Source: Octopus sinensis (Eukaryota). From it: a DNA stretch of 64,000 nucleotides. Below, piece after piece: positions 24,802-37,251 of this stretch (positions are counted from its first letter, which is position 1; each line of letters opens with the position of its first letter). The notes under the pieces were generated by a model. It ran no database searches and was not told where the DNA came from. It saw nothing but the letters and a program-made list of their open reading frames with translations. The stretch is from assembly GCF_006345805.1 (NCBI RefSeq), contig NC_043013.1, positions 57,226,001 to 57,290,000 on the forward strand. Direction: 5' to 3'. The position numbers were made by a program, and so were the translations under genes.

Positions 24802-26539
24802 CGTGAGCATGTGTGTAAATGCATGTATGTGTATGTACATGTGCATGTGTAGGGGTTTAAATGTATGTTTCAGTGTGTGTAGAAAGGTGAAAGGGAAACA
24901 AGCATAGAAAGCGTGAATAAATAAACGCAACGTTTCTCCCGGAACTGAAAGAATCATCAGACACTGACCACAATAATGAGTGTGGCCTTTGAATTGGCCA
25001 CGTTTATGTATTTGCGTATTGAGAAGGGTAAGTGGGGCTGAAACTAATTAGATCGTTTTAATTATTTTCTCTCGTTTGATCAGAAAACAGATAAAATCAT
25101 CAGTGCTCTCAGATAATTACTACAGTGTGTATTTGTAGAACAGTGTGCGCGCGCGTGTGTGTGTGCATGTCAATGTGTGTGTGTGTGTGTGTGTGTGTTT
25201 ATGTGTTTCTCTGCTTCAGAATTTATGCGTTTGTGTTCACGCGTGTGTGTTGAGTGCATGTGTAATGCTTTTGCCTTTAAATCTGTGAATATATGCCATG
25301 TTTCTAAGCGTACGTGTGTGTGTGTCTTTGAATGTTTGTGTTTATAAGTGTTCTGAATGTGCGTATGCATGTGTGTGTGTATTTGTGTGTTTATTTCCTG
25401 CAGCTCTGATTATGAAATGTGGTCAATATAATTGATCGTTCCTCGGTTTTGACCAGATATAATTACCAAGCAGCTTTTATTGCAAAACCATTGTAAATAT
25501 TAGGGCATGTGACCTTTGACTGATTCACCTCCGAACTGTTTCGGCCAAATTCACTCGCAACCTGACCACAGCCACTTGCAAATACTTCATGAAACTTCAT
25601 TTCATATCTCTCTCGAATTTCACTTACTCTTATTTTATTTTACACCAATATTTCACACCCACATTTCACACCGATATTTCATGCACTAAGTTATATTTTA
25701 CACTACTAATCTTGCATCAACGATAGTTGCTTTTTTCCCCTCTCTTTTCTGTTTTTATGGCGGCCGGGATATTCGGGAGAGTATTTCTATTTCCTTGACG
25801 ATTATTTATTATTTTTTTTTGTATGTTTTGAATTTGAAATTAATGTTTTCATCAACTGAAATTGTTGATAACGACGAGTCAAAATTTTGCAAAACAAACA
25901 AATAAGTAAATAAAGACAGAAAGAATTGAGGAGGAGGAGGAGGGGGAGTAATGTGGTGATAATAATGTGTTGATGATGACGGTGACGATTTAAATGAATA
26001 AAATAAATTAAAAAACTTAAACTGAATTCAATATAAAAAACATTATCAATTCAAATTCAAATTCAGGGATTTTCCGCATTTTCATCTTTTATTTTTTACT
26101 ATGGTATTTTATTTTCGTTACAATTTTTATTTTATTTTATCTTTATTTTATTTTTTACTATGGTATTTTATTTTCATTACAATTTTTCAACGATTCTTTA
26201 TTCAAATTCCTCTTTTTTACTGATTTAAGTTTGTAAAAATATTTCAATTTGAATTTTTAAATTGAATTTCAAAATTCTGGAAAAATATGCTTAATGCAAA
26301 TTATTTTTAATTTTCTTCCCTTGATATATGGAAATATTACAGGAATCTAAATAGAAATCCACTGCCTTGTATATACAGATTTCTTGGAGAAAATGTTCCA
26401 TGTTTAAACACTCTAACCAAAATTAATATTTATTCCATCAGTTAGTTTCCTTCCAGTTTTATCAGATTTTATTGTTTTGGGTCAGAAGTTTTGCAATACG
26501 TATTTTGGTTCCTTCTTTGCTTTATTCAACAAGTTACAA

Positions 26540-26850
26540 CAAAAGCAGCCTCGAATTCAAAGTAGGGGCTATCGTGTTGCGCCGTCTGAAGCCATTTTTT
26601 TTGCCAATTCTTTGATCCCATACAAATACCAGTTCTTGTTCTTCGAGGGGAAGAACTCCTTCGTTGAAATTTCCGTCTCCTGTTGGTTGACAAAGTGTCA
26701 CGAGCGTAAGCTGTGAGCTATGAATCAATAATGAGGATAGAAGTATATTGTCAAAAACAAAATTCAAACCAGCTGTTAACTGATACGGACAGATGGTATG
26801 GTAGTAGATTAGAAACGATTTTCCAATGTCATTTATTTGATAAAAAAACA
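26540..26850 (-). pseudogene. Mariner transposase C-terminal remnant
   Basis: EFFPSKNKNWYLYGIKELAKK frameshifts in an A8 run to KWLQTAQHDSPYFE, resembling the mariner C-terminus. Confidence 0.65.
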
Positions 26851-27446
26851 CAGGTTGGGTGGTACCAGGCTAGAGGCGGTAATCCAGTTGCCTACATTTG
26901 ATGTTTCATTTAATCCATTGCTCGATTTAACATTAACACTTGGTTATTAGAGTTGAAGCTTAATTTCTATTCGGTCAAAGTGCACTGCCTTTATTTCTCT
27001 TTAAATTTTAGCTACAGGTGAATAATTTTACAGTGGCCGTTTTTTCTTTTGTTTTTCCTACACTCGAATTATTCCCACGTGAATGTACAGTTTGCAAGGT
27101 TTTGCGTTGATGCTACCAAAATGTGTTGTTCCATCGAACATTGGTGACCTATCATTGTCAACGATGCCTCAGACTCTATGTTTCCTTCTACTTGGGGGTT
27201 AAGAATAAGCAATGAATTTTGAAGAGATCTAGAACTGATACGGTAACACATCTAATTTGAAGGTCTAAAACTCCCACCAAACCACCACCTAATTTCATTC
27301 ATCGATTCTGAAAGGGTAGCATGGCAATTTGACTTTGGTGGAATTTGATCTCAGATCACAGAGACCTGGAACAAATACCACAAAGTATGTTATTTGATGC
27401 TATAATGATTCTGCCAATTCATTATCTTAATATTAAATATATGTAA

Positions 27447-27665
27447 AGCGGTGAGCGAGGAGAATCGTTAGCACGCCTGACTAAATGCTTAGCAGCATTT
27501 TGTCCGTCTACGCGTTCTGAGTTCAAAGACCACCGAGGTTGACTTTATCTCTCATCCTTTCGCAGTCAGTAGAGTTAGAAAAATAAGTACAAGTTGAGTA
27601 TTGAGGTCGATGTTACCAACTTACCCACACCACAGAGTTTGCTGGCCTTGTGCCAACATTTGAAA
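27447..27665 (+). mobile_element. SINE family 2
   Basis: Family match; probable TSD TTAATATTAA(A/G)TATAT at 27428-43 and 27666-81. Confidence 0.85.
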
Positions 27666-28199
27666 TTAATATTAAGTATATCTTGTTAAACTGCTGAAAT
27701 ATTCCATTGTCTACACATACGAGGGACACATTGTTAATTACTTGCTTCCTCGGCAATCAGTCCCATATAGCAAATTGCCAATATATAGCAGCATTGGTGT
27801 AGTGGCGCTTCAAATATCTTAGTATTTAAATTTCTGATCTACCAGCTATTTTCCCCGCTAACTTCTACTCTGAAGCATATCTACAAATCTTTGGCATTAA
27901 CTGTATTTGTACATTAATTAAATGTATTACACATAATACAGTCGAGAATGATTGTCATGTTAATTAAACAACCTGACCATAGACAGTAAAATCAGGATCG
28001 ACCTGACAGCACTGTTTCTGGTATTATTATACTTTCGTCATCAATTGATTACCCAACATTTTACTTCCACTGTGAGATTCTATTTCAAGTCACTCTGGTG
28101 GCCTTTCGTTACATTCTTTGACGGTCAGCTTTAAAATTCCTTTAAAGTAACGTAAGTTTTATCCTTCCAAATTCGATAAAATAAGCAAATATTGAAGGA

Positions 28200-28450
28200 A
28201 ATGACTTCTACGTAGTGGCTCGATAAGCTAGAAATAGTTAGCAAATATATTTTTAAACACATCCTATCATCTTGAAATGGAGTGAACGTATATTCAAAAT
28301 AATGTAGTCCTGGGTATTTTATATCTGAAAAAACGGCAAGAGAGTCATGGCTGGAATTCCTCTAATCATAGATCCGTCTGCTAAATCGCGGCTGACTAGA
28401 AGCTAAACAACAATCTGGAATTGATTATAGGTCTGTTCAATCAGAGCGAA
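28200..28450 (-). repeat. Old dispersed repeat (related pieces near 2270, 14650, 23165, 42815, 48355 and 58230)
   Basis: Recurrent degenerate blocks ...GCTAGAAATAG...CAAAT... and GGTCATGG(C/T)TGGAA...; class not determined. Confidence 0.45.
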
Positions 28451-29233
28451 CTTGGAGCTATGAAACAACAAAATCTAACAAGAATAACAACATAAATAGT
28501 GGGCAGGCTGATATAATCGATTATCGCATAGAATAGTGAGCTCCAGCATGGCCGTGGAATAAAAGCCTGAAAGACTAAAAGAATAAAGAAATCCTGCAAT
28601 GTAATATCAGCTTGAAATATCAGATTGTTCTGGTGTTATTGTACTGTAATTAATCAGGGAATTGGTTGTATAGACATAAATTCTAAGCTTCCCTTTTGAT
28701 CTGCAGATAAACAGTTTTCCCGATAAAATCAGTTGAGAATGGCTTTTGTATCTTGATGTGATTCCTACAGTAATTTGTCTTCTTCTCTTTGCTAAATGTT
28801 CGCACATCCATGTTCAATTGAAATATTGGTTTATGTTAAAATATTGTGGCATTAAATGGCAGTAGAGAAATAGGAAATAGGTTAAAGATGCCTGCAGTAT
28901 AAGCCATTAAAAGCTTGTTGCGAAGATGTCTACAGGAAAACATGACATGCATTTGCACTTTTTCTCTTGTTTCCATTCTTAGTTCTTTACATTAAGACGC
29001 TTTGCATGTATATATATATGAGTGTATGTCTAAGCTTTTGTGTGCAAGTGTGCGTTTGTGTGTGTGTATGTGTGTGAGACTGTTCGTTCATAGACATGGA
29101 GTATCTCTCCTCATAAGCAACTAATTTTGATGTGGCCCCACAGATATATACGGATATATATGTATACATATACATATACATATATATACAAATGCACACA
29201 CACATACGCACACACACACACACACACAAAGAC

Positions 29234-29278
<45 letters not shown>

Positions 29279-29380
29279 GGAGTAAACACATAAATGTGAA
29301 ACAAGGTGGAAAAAAGAGTACTCAAATACCAGTGGTAGAGTAATATGCTTTATTTAAAGCAGCAGAAAATACAACAAAAT

Positions 29381-29418
29381 CTGTTACTCTGAGTTTCTCG
29401 TTGCCGTTCATCAGACAG
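29381..29418 (-). ncRNA. Minimal type I hammerhead (core intact, helix II weak)
   Basis: CTGT-CTGATGA-ACGGCAACGA-GAAA-CTCAGAG-TA-ACAG; AATAAA about 30 nt downstream. Confidence 0.7.
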
Positions 29419-29851
29419 TTTTTGCTAGAATGGAACCGATATATCAATTCAATCTAGACTCTTACAAATGCTACACCTTTAAAAATGTACACTTTATTAT
29501 ATGTACACTTTATATATGTACACTTTAATATATGTACCTTTATATATGTACACTTTAATATAAATATGTATTGCAGTGTAATATTTATAATAAGTTTTAA
29601 TTTCTATGCATTAATTATACTTTCTTCATTAACGTCAATATGTATTTTATTCAATGTAAGGTTTTTTCCTCGAATTTTATAATTTTTATGTTTTATATAT
29701 ATATACATATATTTTTGAGCTTTTTTTTGTTTATCGCTCGAAGATTGACCGTTATTTCTAAAGGGCCAATCAAACAAGTCCATTTTTTTAAAGGTGTAGC
29801 GTTTGTAAGAGTCTAGATTGAATTGATATATCGGTTCCATTCTAGCAAAAA

Positions 29852-29889
29852 CTGTCTGGTGAACGGCAACGAGAAACTCAGAGTAACAG
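29852..29889 (+). ncRNA. Minimal hammerhead with core mutation A6G (probably inactive)
   Basis: CTGT-CTGGTGA-ACGGCAACGA-GAAA-CTCAGAG-TA-ACAG. Confidence 0.6.
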
Positions 29890-29922
29890 ATTTTGTTGAA
29901 TTTTCTGCTGCTTTAAATAAAG

Positions 29923-29977
<55 letters not shown>

Positions 29978-30907
29978 CCTCAGTAGTTCACTGGTAGTGT
30001 ATTATATTAACGCTAGAAGGATTAAAGTCAAAGCGGATCCTGATGGGATTTCAATTAGGAACGTAAATACTACAAACTACTTTGCCTCATGCTCTAGTAA
30101 TGCTGCTTCAGCGTTCTCGCAATGAGAAGATTCTTTGGCCGACAGTCCACATGAATTCGGAAGAGATCAAGTATTTCAACCTTACAACCTTCAAAGTAGA
30201 TTTACCTGTCAAATGCACACACATATACACACACTGAAGATCGGAAGGGCTCATGCCGTATCACACCCTGTCACGCTGTTGTGTAACACGAAGAAGTGGC
30301 AAGATATAGAACATACTGCATCGACTTACTCGATTCCCGTCTTAGAAATTTTATGCAGCAGAAAAAAATAAACAAAGTGATATATTTGGAGTGATGAGAA
30401 CGAAGAGAGTTATAAAAATTACATACACATATGCACTCATACGCACACACTCTCTCTCTTTCTCACGCTCTCTCTCTCTCTCTCTCTCTGCATATATATA
30501 TATATATAGGCATAAATACATGTATGCACATATATGTATGTTTCCAGGTTTGTATGCGCCCGTACACACATACTTCACGGATTTTGCTCTAAAAATGTAC
30601 AATCAAACACCATGGCTGTTGCATATTAAATCCATTTTGGAAAATTTTTCACAAGAATCTTTTCGATTAATTTTGATCTTCTGTTTTCTTTAACAAACGT
30701 AATAAACGAGGAGTGATCATAGCTGACCCTCACAGAGTTACACTCTGACCCAAACGAACATTCTTGTCCCATGGAGACTTCATACAATAACCATATTGGT
30801 TGAATCATTTGTTATTTAGACAGGTCCTGCGATTAAAAGATATTTTCTCCATTAACATCTTCTGACATGAAACCATTGTAAGATATATATATATATGTGT
30901 ATGTGAG

Positions 30908-30909
<2 letters not shown>

Positions 30910-30998
<89 letters not shown>
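30910..30998. repeat. (TATC)n microsatellite
   Basis: Visible. Confidence 0.97.
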
Positions 30999-30999
<1 letters not shown>

Positions 31000-31005
31000 C
31001 ATATA

Positions 31006-31413
31006 TACTCTTTTACTCTTTTACTTGTTTCAGTCATTTGACTAAAGCCATGCTGGAGCACCACCTTTAATCGAGCAACTCGACCCCGGGACTTATTCTT
31101 TTGTAAGCCCAGTACTTATTCTAACGGTCTTTTTTGCCGAACCGCTAAGTGACGGGGACGTAAACACACCAGCATCGGTTGTCAAGCAATGCTAGGTGGA
31201 CAAACACAGACACACAAACACACACACATACAATTATATACATATACATATATACGACAGGCTTATTTCAGTTTCCATCTACCAAATCCACTCACAAGAC
31301 ATTGGTCGGCCCGGAGCTATAGCAGAAGACACTTGCCCAAGATGCCACGCAGTGGGACTGAACCGTGAACCATGTGGTTGGTAAGCAAGCTACTTACCAC
31401 ACAGCCACTCCTA
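31006..31413 (-). mobile_element. Full-length SINE family 1
   Basis: Collinear with other copies. Confidence 0.92.
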
Positions 31414-31926
31414 CATGTATATATATATATATACAGATACATACACAGACACACATATAATGTATGCGCGCATGCATGAACGATGGACGTCGAGGCAATG
31501 CTATGTGTGGTCGTTGCTTGTTAAGGGGAGACAAATCCTCGATGACTTTTTAGTCCAGCGGATGATTTAGAGTTTGCACCAAAAGTATTACGTAAATGTC
31601 TCTTTTCAGATAAAATTAATATAGCATCACGATAACCGACACTGTAAATTTTTACATGATTTAGAGACTCTTAATTCCGGATGTCAACAGTCGATTTCTA
31701 ACTGGTTCTAGTTCCTGTAACCTCGCGTAGCTCGTAAGAAACATGTATAGAAAAACACACATTGCTACATGGTGGGCATTTGAAGCGATTATTAATATCT
31801 CTGTATACAGCATTGCTTCATTAACATCACTCAAGCTTTTGATTCTGAGAATTAGATTGTGTCCTTAGAGATTTTTGGAATCTCATTAATTTGCCTCGTT
31901 AAGGTACATAAATATTAACAAGGAGT

Positions 31927-32097
31927 GTAGAGGGCGAGCGGAGGAGGCATTTCGTCCGTCTTTACGCTTTGACTTCAAATTCCGCTGGGGTCGACTTTAC
32001 TTTCTATCCTTTCGGGGTCGATAACGTAAGCAGCACTTGAGCACTGGGTTGAACTTACTCCTCCGAAATTGCTGGCCTTGTGCCAAAATTTAAAACT
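31927..32097 (+). mobile_element. SINE family 2
   Basis: Perfect 16-bp TSD AATATTAACAAGGAGT at 31911-26 and 32098-113. Confidence 0.88.
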
Positions 32098-32351
32098 AAT
32101 ATTAACAAGGAGTTTCATGATATGAGATTATATGCCGTAACTTATGAAGTATCGCCAAACCCATTTCCATCAATAATGATGTAGAAGAGGGTGACATGCC
32201 TCTGCCTACTCTCTTTGCCGTGTAATCCATACATCACAACAGATATTTTTAATCGCCTTCAAAGACTGTTCCAAGGACACTTTACGTACACACGAACACA
32301 CACACACACATATACAGATATATATGTATATATATAAATATATATGTTTAA

Positions 32352-32384
<33 letters not shown>

Positions 32385-35300
32385 CATGTGTGTGTGTGTG
32401 TGTGTGTATCGTCTCCATAATCTTCTGCATAAGCCAGGAAGCAGTTTCTGCAAAAATCTCTGAAAATATAAATAACAATAATTTCACATAAATTCATTTG
32501 CATTCTATGCTCCCATGAGGTCACATCAAACAATTCGTCTCCGATTACTTTTTTTTTAACCAAAGAAGAATAATCAAAAGAAAATAAAAAACAAAAGCGA
32601 TTTTCTCTCATGCAAAATTATATTAATATCAGATTTGCTGATAGTTAACAGCGGTGTTGGTGAAAGCTAGAACTTTGAAGAAAAATGGTTTAGTTATCAG
32701 AGAGGAAAAAATCAATGATGTGAAAATGGATAAATTTTTAGATTTGTCTATTGCTAATATTACTGAACTACTTCATAACAATGTTCTACAAAGAAAAGAT
32801 CGTAGCATTTTGCTTTAATTCTAACTATAATCGAATCTGAAATCGCTTGCTAACCACCCCAATTCTGTATTTAGAGTCAAACTGAATTTGGGTAAGGAAA
32901 GAAAATATATTTGTGATAGTTAATGGTGCAAGTTTGTCATCTATATTAATCATCATCATCATTGTTCGACCGTATATTAAAAGAAGTAGAGATATTTTTA
33001 AATTATAGACGACTTCAGATGTTTGTGTTTATGCAAGATATTATGTAATTATTTTTGTGAAGTTATGGGAACCGTCATTTTGGTGGGTGGCTAATTCGCA
33101 ATTTTAGTGAAGTATATATATATATACGCACACATATATGTACATACATATGTACATACTTATGTATACATATAATTGTGTGTGAGTGAGTGTGCGTATA
33201 TGCATAATATGAAGTAATAATTACATGTGTATACAATTAAATGATAAATAACTCAATTAAAATGTTTACCTCACCGTCTTCGATTCGATCCTACCACCAT
33301 TATGTTTACGATAAGGTCTGGGTCTGTGTTCACACGGGTCTAAATTCTACTGCTTTTATGCTTTTTCTGTCATGGTGGAGGATTTCACAAATTTATTTCA
33401 TATTTTCCGTTGTGTCACTGATTGCTTTGAATATCTTGAAACGCTTCGAGCTATAAATAGATACAACTTGAAGCGAAAAATATTGACCGTCATAAGAATA
33501 TAGATGCATTTCGAAGGCTTTTGCTGGAAATTTGCTGAGATTCATGGAAAATTGGTACAGGCAAATTGCCAAAATTAATCAGTCATTGTAAGCATTGCAG
33601 AACCGAACTAAGACCACGATACAAAACCTCGCCGAATATTTGAACCTGTGTTGCAAGAACACCATTTCTTGACTGACTCAGAAGGCTCAATTCCAATTAG
33701 CATCAGCGGTGTACGCATTTCAACTGAAAAGTACAGTCACACCACTGCGTATATGTGGTAGACGCAAACATGCATGCATAATCTCCAAGATGACTTTGTG
33801 GAAATTCCAATGTAGGAGACTTTGCAGAGTTGGAGACTGTATCTCTCTACTGCAAAATAATTTCGAATTTTGAGACCCGAAACATACAGGCCACCTTCAC
33901 TTCGATTCTCTTGTTAGCTGGTTTAAGGTAATACGAGAGTTTAGGGCTGATATTGACTGTATTTAAACATCTCATCATCAAAGACAATTTTTTTAGGATA
34001 AGACGGAACATAACACTGTACAAGAGAAACAAGATAGAGTTTGAGATATTTATTGGTTTCTCTCAAGACAAAAGGAGACTCCGTAAATGAGGGTTTTGAG
34101 AGAATTACAGAAAAGTAAGAAGCTGGAAATCCATTTGATTTGGGAAAGAGGAAACAATTTTAATTTCCTACATAGATACAAACTCCCACATTTTTAGAGG
34201 GATGTGCATAACTGTATTTTCATTTTATTGAGCGTAGAGAAACAAAGAGTAAAGTCGGCCAAGATGGAGTTTAAGCTTGAGATACAAACTAAATACATAA
34301 AAAACGAAATACCACAACGTTTCTTGATCGCCGCCGTTAAATGTAAGTGAAAGTGATTTCTCACAATCACGGCCAGCCTTTTCTTGTGGGGGTTTGGGTT
34401 ATGATTGAATAAAATAATTCCAGTTTCTGAGTGGTAGAAATATTATACTGATCCCGTGAGGATGAAAGATACGGATGACTGGAAAGGAATTCGGACCTTT
34501 GTCAAATGGGGAACTCTCGAGAAAACAAGTGAAACACATTCACTAAACAGTAAACATTTGAGTAAATAAAGCAACAAACTTTTGACCTTCGTCAGAAAGT
34601 GAAGAAAAGAGAGCAAATGATGTTTGCCTTCAGACCACAGATTCTTCCATTCCAACAAATCAAAAGCGAAACGAAAATTAGTCGTTGTCTAATATTGTTC
34701 TTCAGCTTGTTCTCGCCGCGTAAACAATTTCTATAAATTGAGCCAGTAACGCCGCCGCCTCTGCACTAAATATGTTACAGCCAAACTCTTTAGTTCGGTT
34801 TAACCTTTCACTTACTGCTGATCAACAACAGCGACCAATTCTGTATCATAATAGCAGACACTGCACTAAGAAACACGGCACCAGCATTTTTTCTTTCGAC
34901 AGAAGTATTTTATAATTCTGCACCTTACACACTGCGGAATTACTTTGACAACAACTGAAAAACGTTGGAACCAACTAAGGTGAATTGGTTTTGCTTTGTT
35001 TTAGGTGGGCAATTCGATTTCCAATGTTTTTCTTGGCAAGTTTACCATAAAGTGAAAACTAAATATTACATTTTTTTTAATGTTTACGCTAGGAATAAAG
35101 TTATTTAAATATATTGTTAAAGCTTAAAATAGAAATAAAGGTATTGAATGTTAAATGCAACATTTTGGGTTGGTTTTTGGTAATGTTTATAGTTCTATTT
35201 TATTACAATAAAATCATTTGTTTCGTTAGCTGTTAGCAATCAATTCCATGAAAGGACAGCAAGCAAATTCTAACACTATGGCAAAACAGAAAATATTAAA

Positions 35301-35990
35301 ACACTACAATTCGTTTACTACAACATAAAATACAACTGGAAAAAACATTAAAATTTGTTTCGAAAACATGAAGATTCCTTAACAAATTATGTCACATGGC
35401 TTACAATTGAGAAGAACTGAAAACCCATTGTAAATCATTTGACACGGAACAAATGAAATTGCTGAGTTTGTAAACGAATTTCAATGTTATAATATTAGGT
35501 CTTTTATTTATTTTCATTTCATAACATTCTCTGTAAACAGTAAACACAACGAATTAACTGTGCAATAAAGCTTCACCGAGCTTCAAATGGATTAATTAAA
35601 CCTCGTGAGTTGTCGCCCCTTTGCCTTCACCCAACTTGATTAACATTAGCCATTGAACCTCTATTTTCATCTTCTCGTTGCAAAGTGTAATTTAATTTGT
35701 CAACCTTTATTCGATCGCAATAACTGCGTTGACTTCCACTCCACCGTTAGATGCCCATGAGAATATCGCCCAAAGTTAATTCCTCCCTCTCGTTACAAAC
35801 AAATACTCTGCGTAGACACAGTTCATGGAATACCCGTCGCTGTACTCATGTTGTTCTTCTTCTTGATTAATCTCGTGACCATCTTTCATTGATCAGACCT
35901 ATAACCTCGTATCAAGGGCAACTTTATCCAATGTGTTTTTCCAACTTGAAGGCGCTTGTGGAGCGTTCAACATGGTAATTACTAAGACAT

Positions 35991-36215
35991 CTTTATTCTT
36001 TTACTTGTTTCAGTCATTAGGGTGCGGCCATGCTGGTGCAACGCTTTGAAGAATGAATCCACCCCAGTTCTTATTTGTTTACAGCCTGGTACTTATACTA
36101 TCATTCTCTTTGAACGAACCGCCAAGTTATGTGAACGTAAACACACCAACGCAGGTTGTGAAGCGGCGGTGGTGGGAAACAAATAATGACACACATACAT
36201 ACGTGCGCACACACA
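35991..36215 (-). mobile_element. SINE family 1, 3' half
   Basis: TTTTACTTGTTTCAGTCATT...GGCCATGCTGG...CGAACCGCCAAG. Confidence 0.8.
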
Positions 36216-36234
36216 CTCACTCTTATACATGCAC

Positions 36235-36297
<63 letters not shown>

Positions 36298-36304
36298 CAT
36301 ACAT

Positions 36305-36390
36305 TTTATTTAAAAGCAGCAGAAATATAACAAAAGCTGTTACTCAGAGTTTCACGCTCCCGTTCGTCAGACAGTTTTATTATCAAAACA
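36305..36390 (-). mobile_element. Penelope-type pLTR fragment of the 29.3-kb family
   Basis: TTTATTTAAAAGCAGCAGAAAT...CTGTTACTCAGAGTTTC matches 29348-29420; abuts (TA)n. Confidence 0.8.
36337..36374 (-). ncRNA. Minimal type I hammerhead with full consensus core
   Basis: CTGT-CTGACGA-ACG-GGAG-CGT-GAAA-CTC-T-GAG-TA-ACAG. Confidence 0.85.
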
Positions 36391-37098
36391 GTTGTTTTCC
36401 GTAAACGAGTCGAGGACTTACTACGATTTACTCCTGATCTCGACAATGGTGTAAAAACGGTGACATTTGAGCTTCATTTTCATTTGGGGAAGAGATGGAA
36501 GTCCTTAGGTAGTAAATCTGGTGAATAGGACGTGAGACGGAAGCGATATCCTGTTGTTTTGGGCGAGAGACTCCCGAGTACCGAGCGCTCGGTGGCAGGG
36601 TGTACTGTCATCGCGAACAATCTAATTCTTCACGCTTCACACATCCGATCGTTTCCACTGAATGTCTTCTCTCAAATGCTTCAAAACTTCGTCGATCGTC
36701 CTCCGACGACGATCCCCATGCACAAGCGGATGAATTTTCTCTACATTTCCGGGGCGACACTCTTCTCTACATTTCCGGGGCTGACAAGTCTGCCAGATCC
36801 CTCATCCTCTTCCAAGAATGTTCTTCCGCTCTTGAATCGTCCCTTCCACTCAAAATAGTGCGCACGGCGCATTGCCTCGGCGCCGTAAGCTTGAAGAAAT
36901 CTGCTCAATGTGTCTGTAGCAGTCTTCCCAACTTTCACACAAAATCACAAATTTCACAACATGCGAAGTAAACGCAGCGATGTCACTCAGCACGCTTTCT
37001 CATGAAGGTCACTGCTAGCTCTCACTGTGCAGGCAACTATGTGCTGCCATCTGTTGGGACGTTACAGAACTAGTCCAGCAACTTTTCCATACCACCTC

Positions 37099-37101
<3 letters not shown>
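36390..37101 (-). mobile_element. Internally deleted mariner element
   Basis: TA+CGAGGTGGTATGGAAAAGTT terminus at 37101; KVGKTATDT...YFEWKGRFKSGRTFLEEDEGSGR; YSPDLLPKDFHLFPKCKMKLK; 17-bp internal duplication at 36738/36763. Confidence 0.85.
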
Positions 37102-37102
<1 letters not shown>

Positions 37103-37148
<46 letters not shown>

Positions 37149-37172
37149 ATATATATATATGTATATATATGC

Positions 37173-37250
<78 letters not shown>
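37103..37250. repeat. (TA)n microsatellite
   Basis: Visible. Confidence 0.97.

Positions 37251-37251
<1 letters not shown>

Larger units (their letters stand above)
29277..29922. mobile_element. Non-coding foldback element with inverted Penelope-type pLTR arms, each carrying a minimal hammerhead
   Basis: 138-bp inverted arms 29348-29485 and 29785-29922 with 3 mismatches; (TA)n on both sides. Confidence 0.85.

Noticed and set aside
34440-35980. Possible Harbinger or hAT remnants (RRRRYWLNL; TFVKWG...H...SKH)
   Set aside because: Only a few residues resemble the motifs and there are many stops; needs a profile search.
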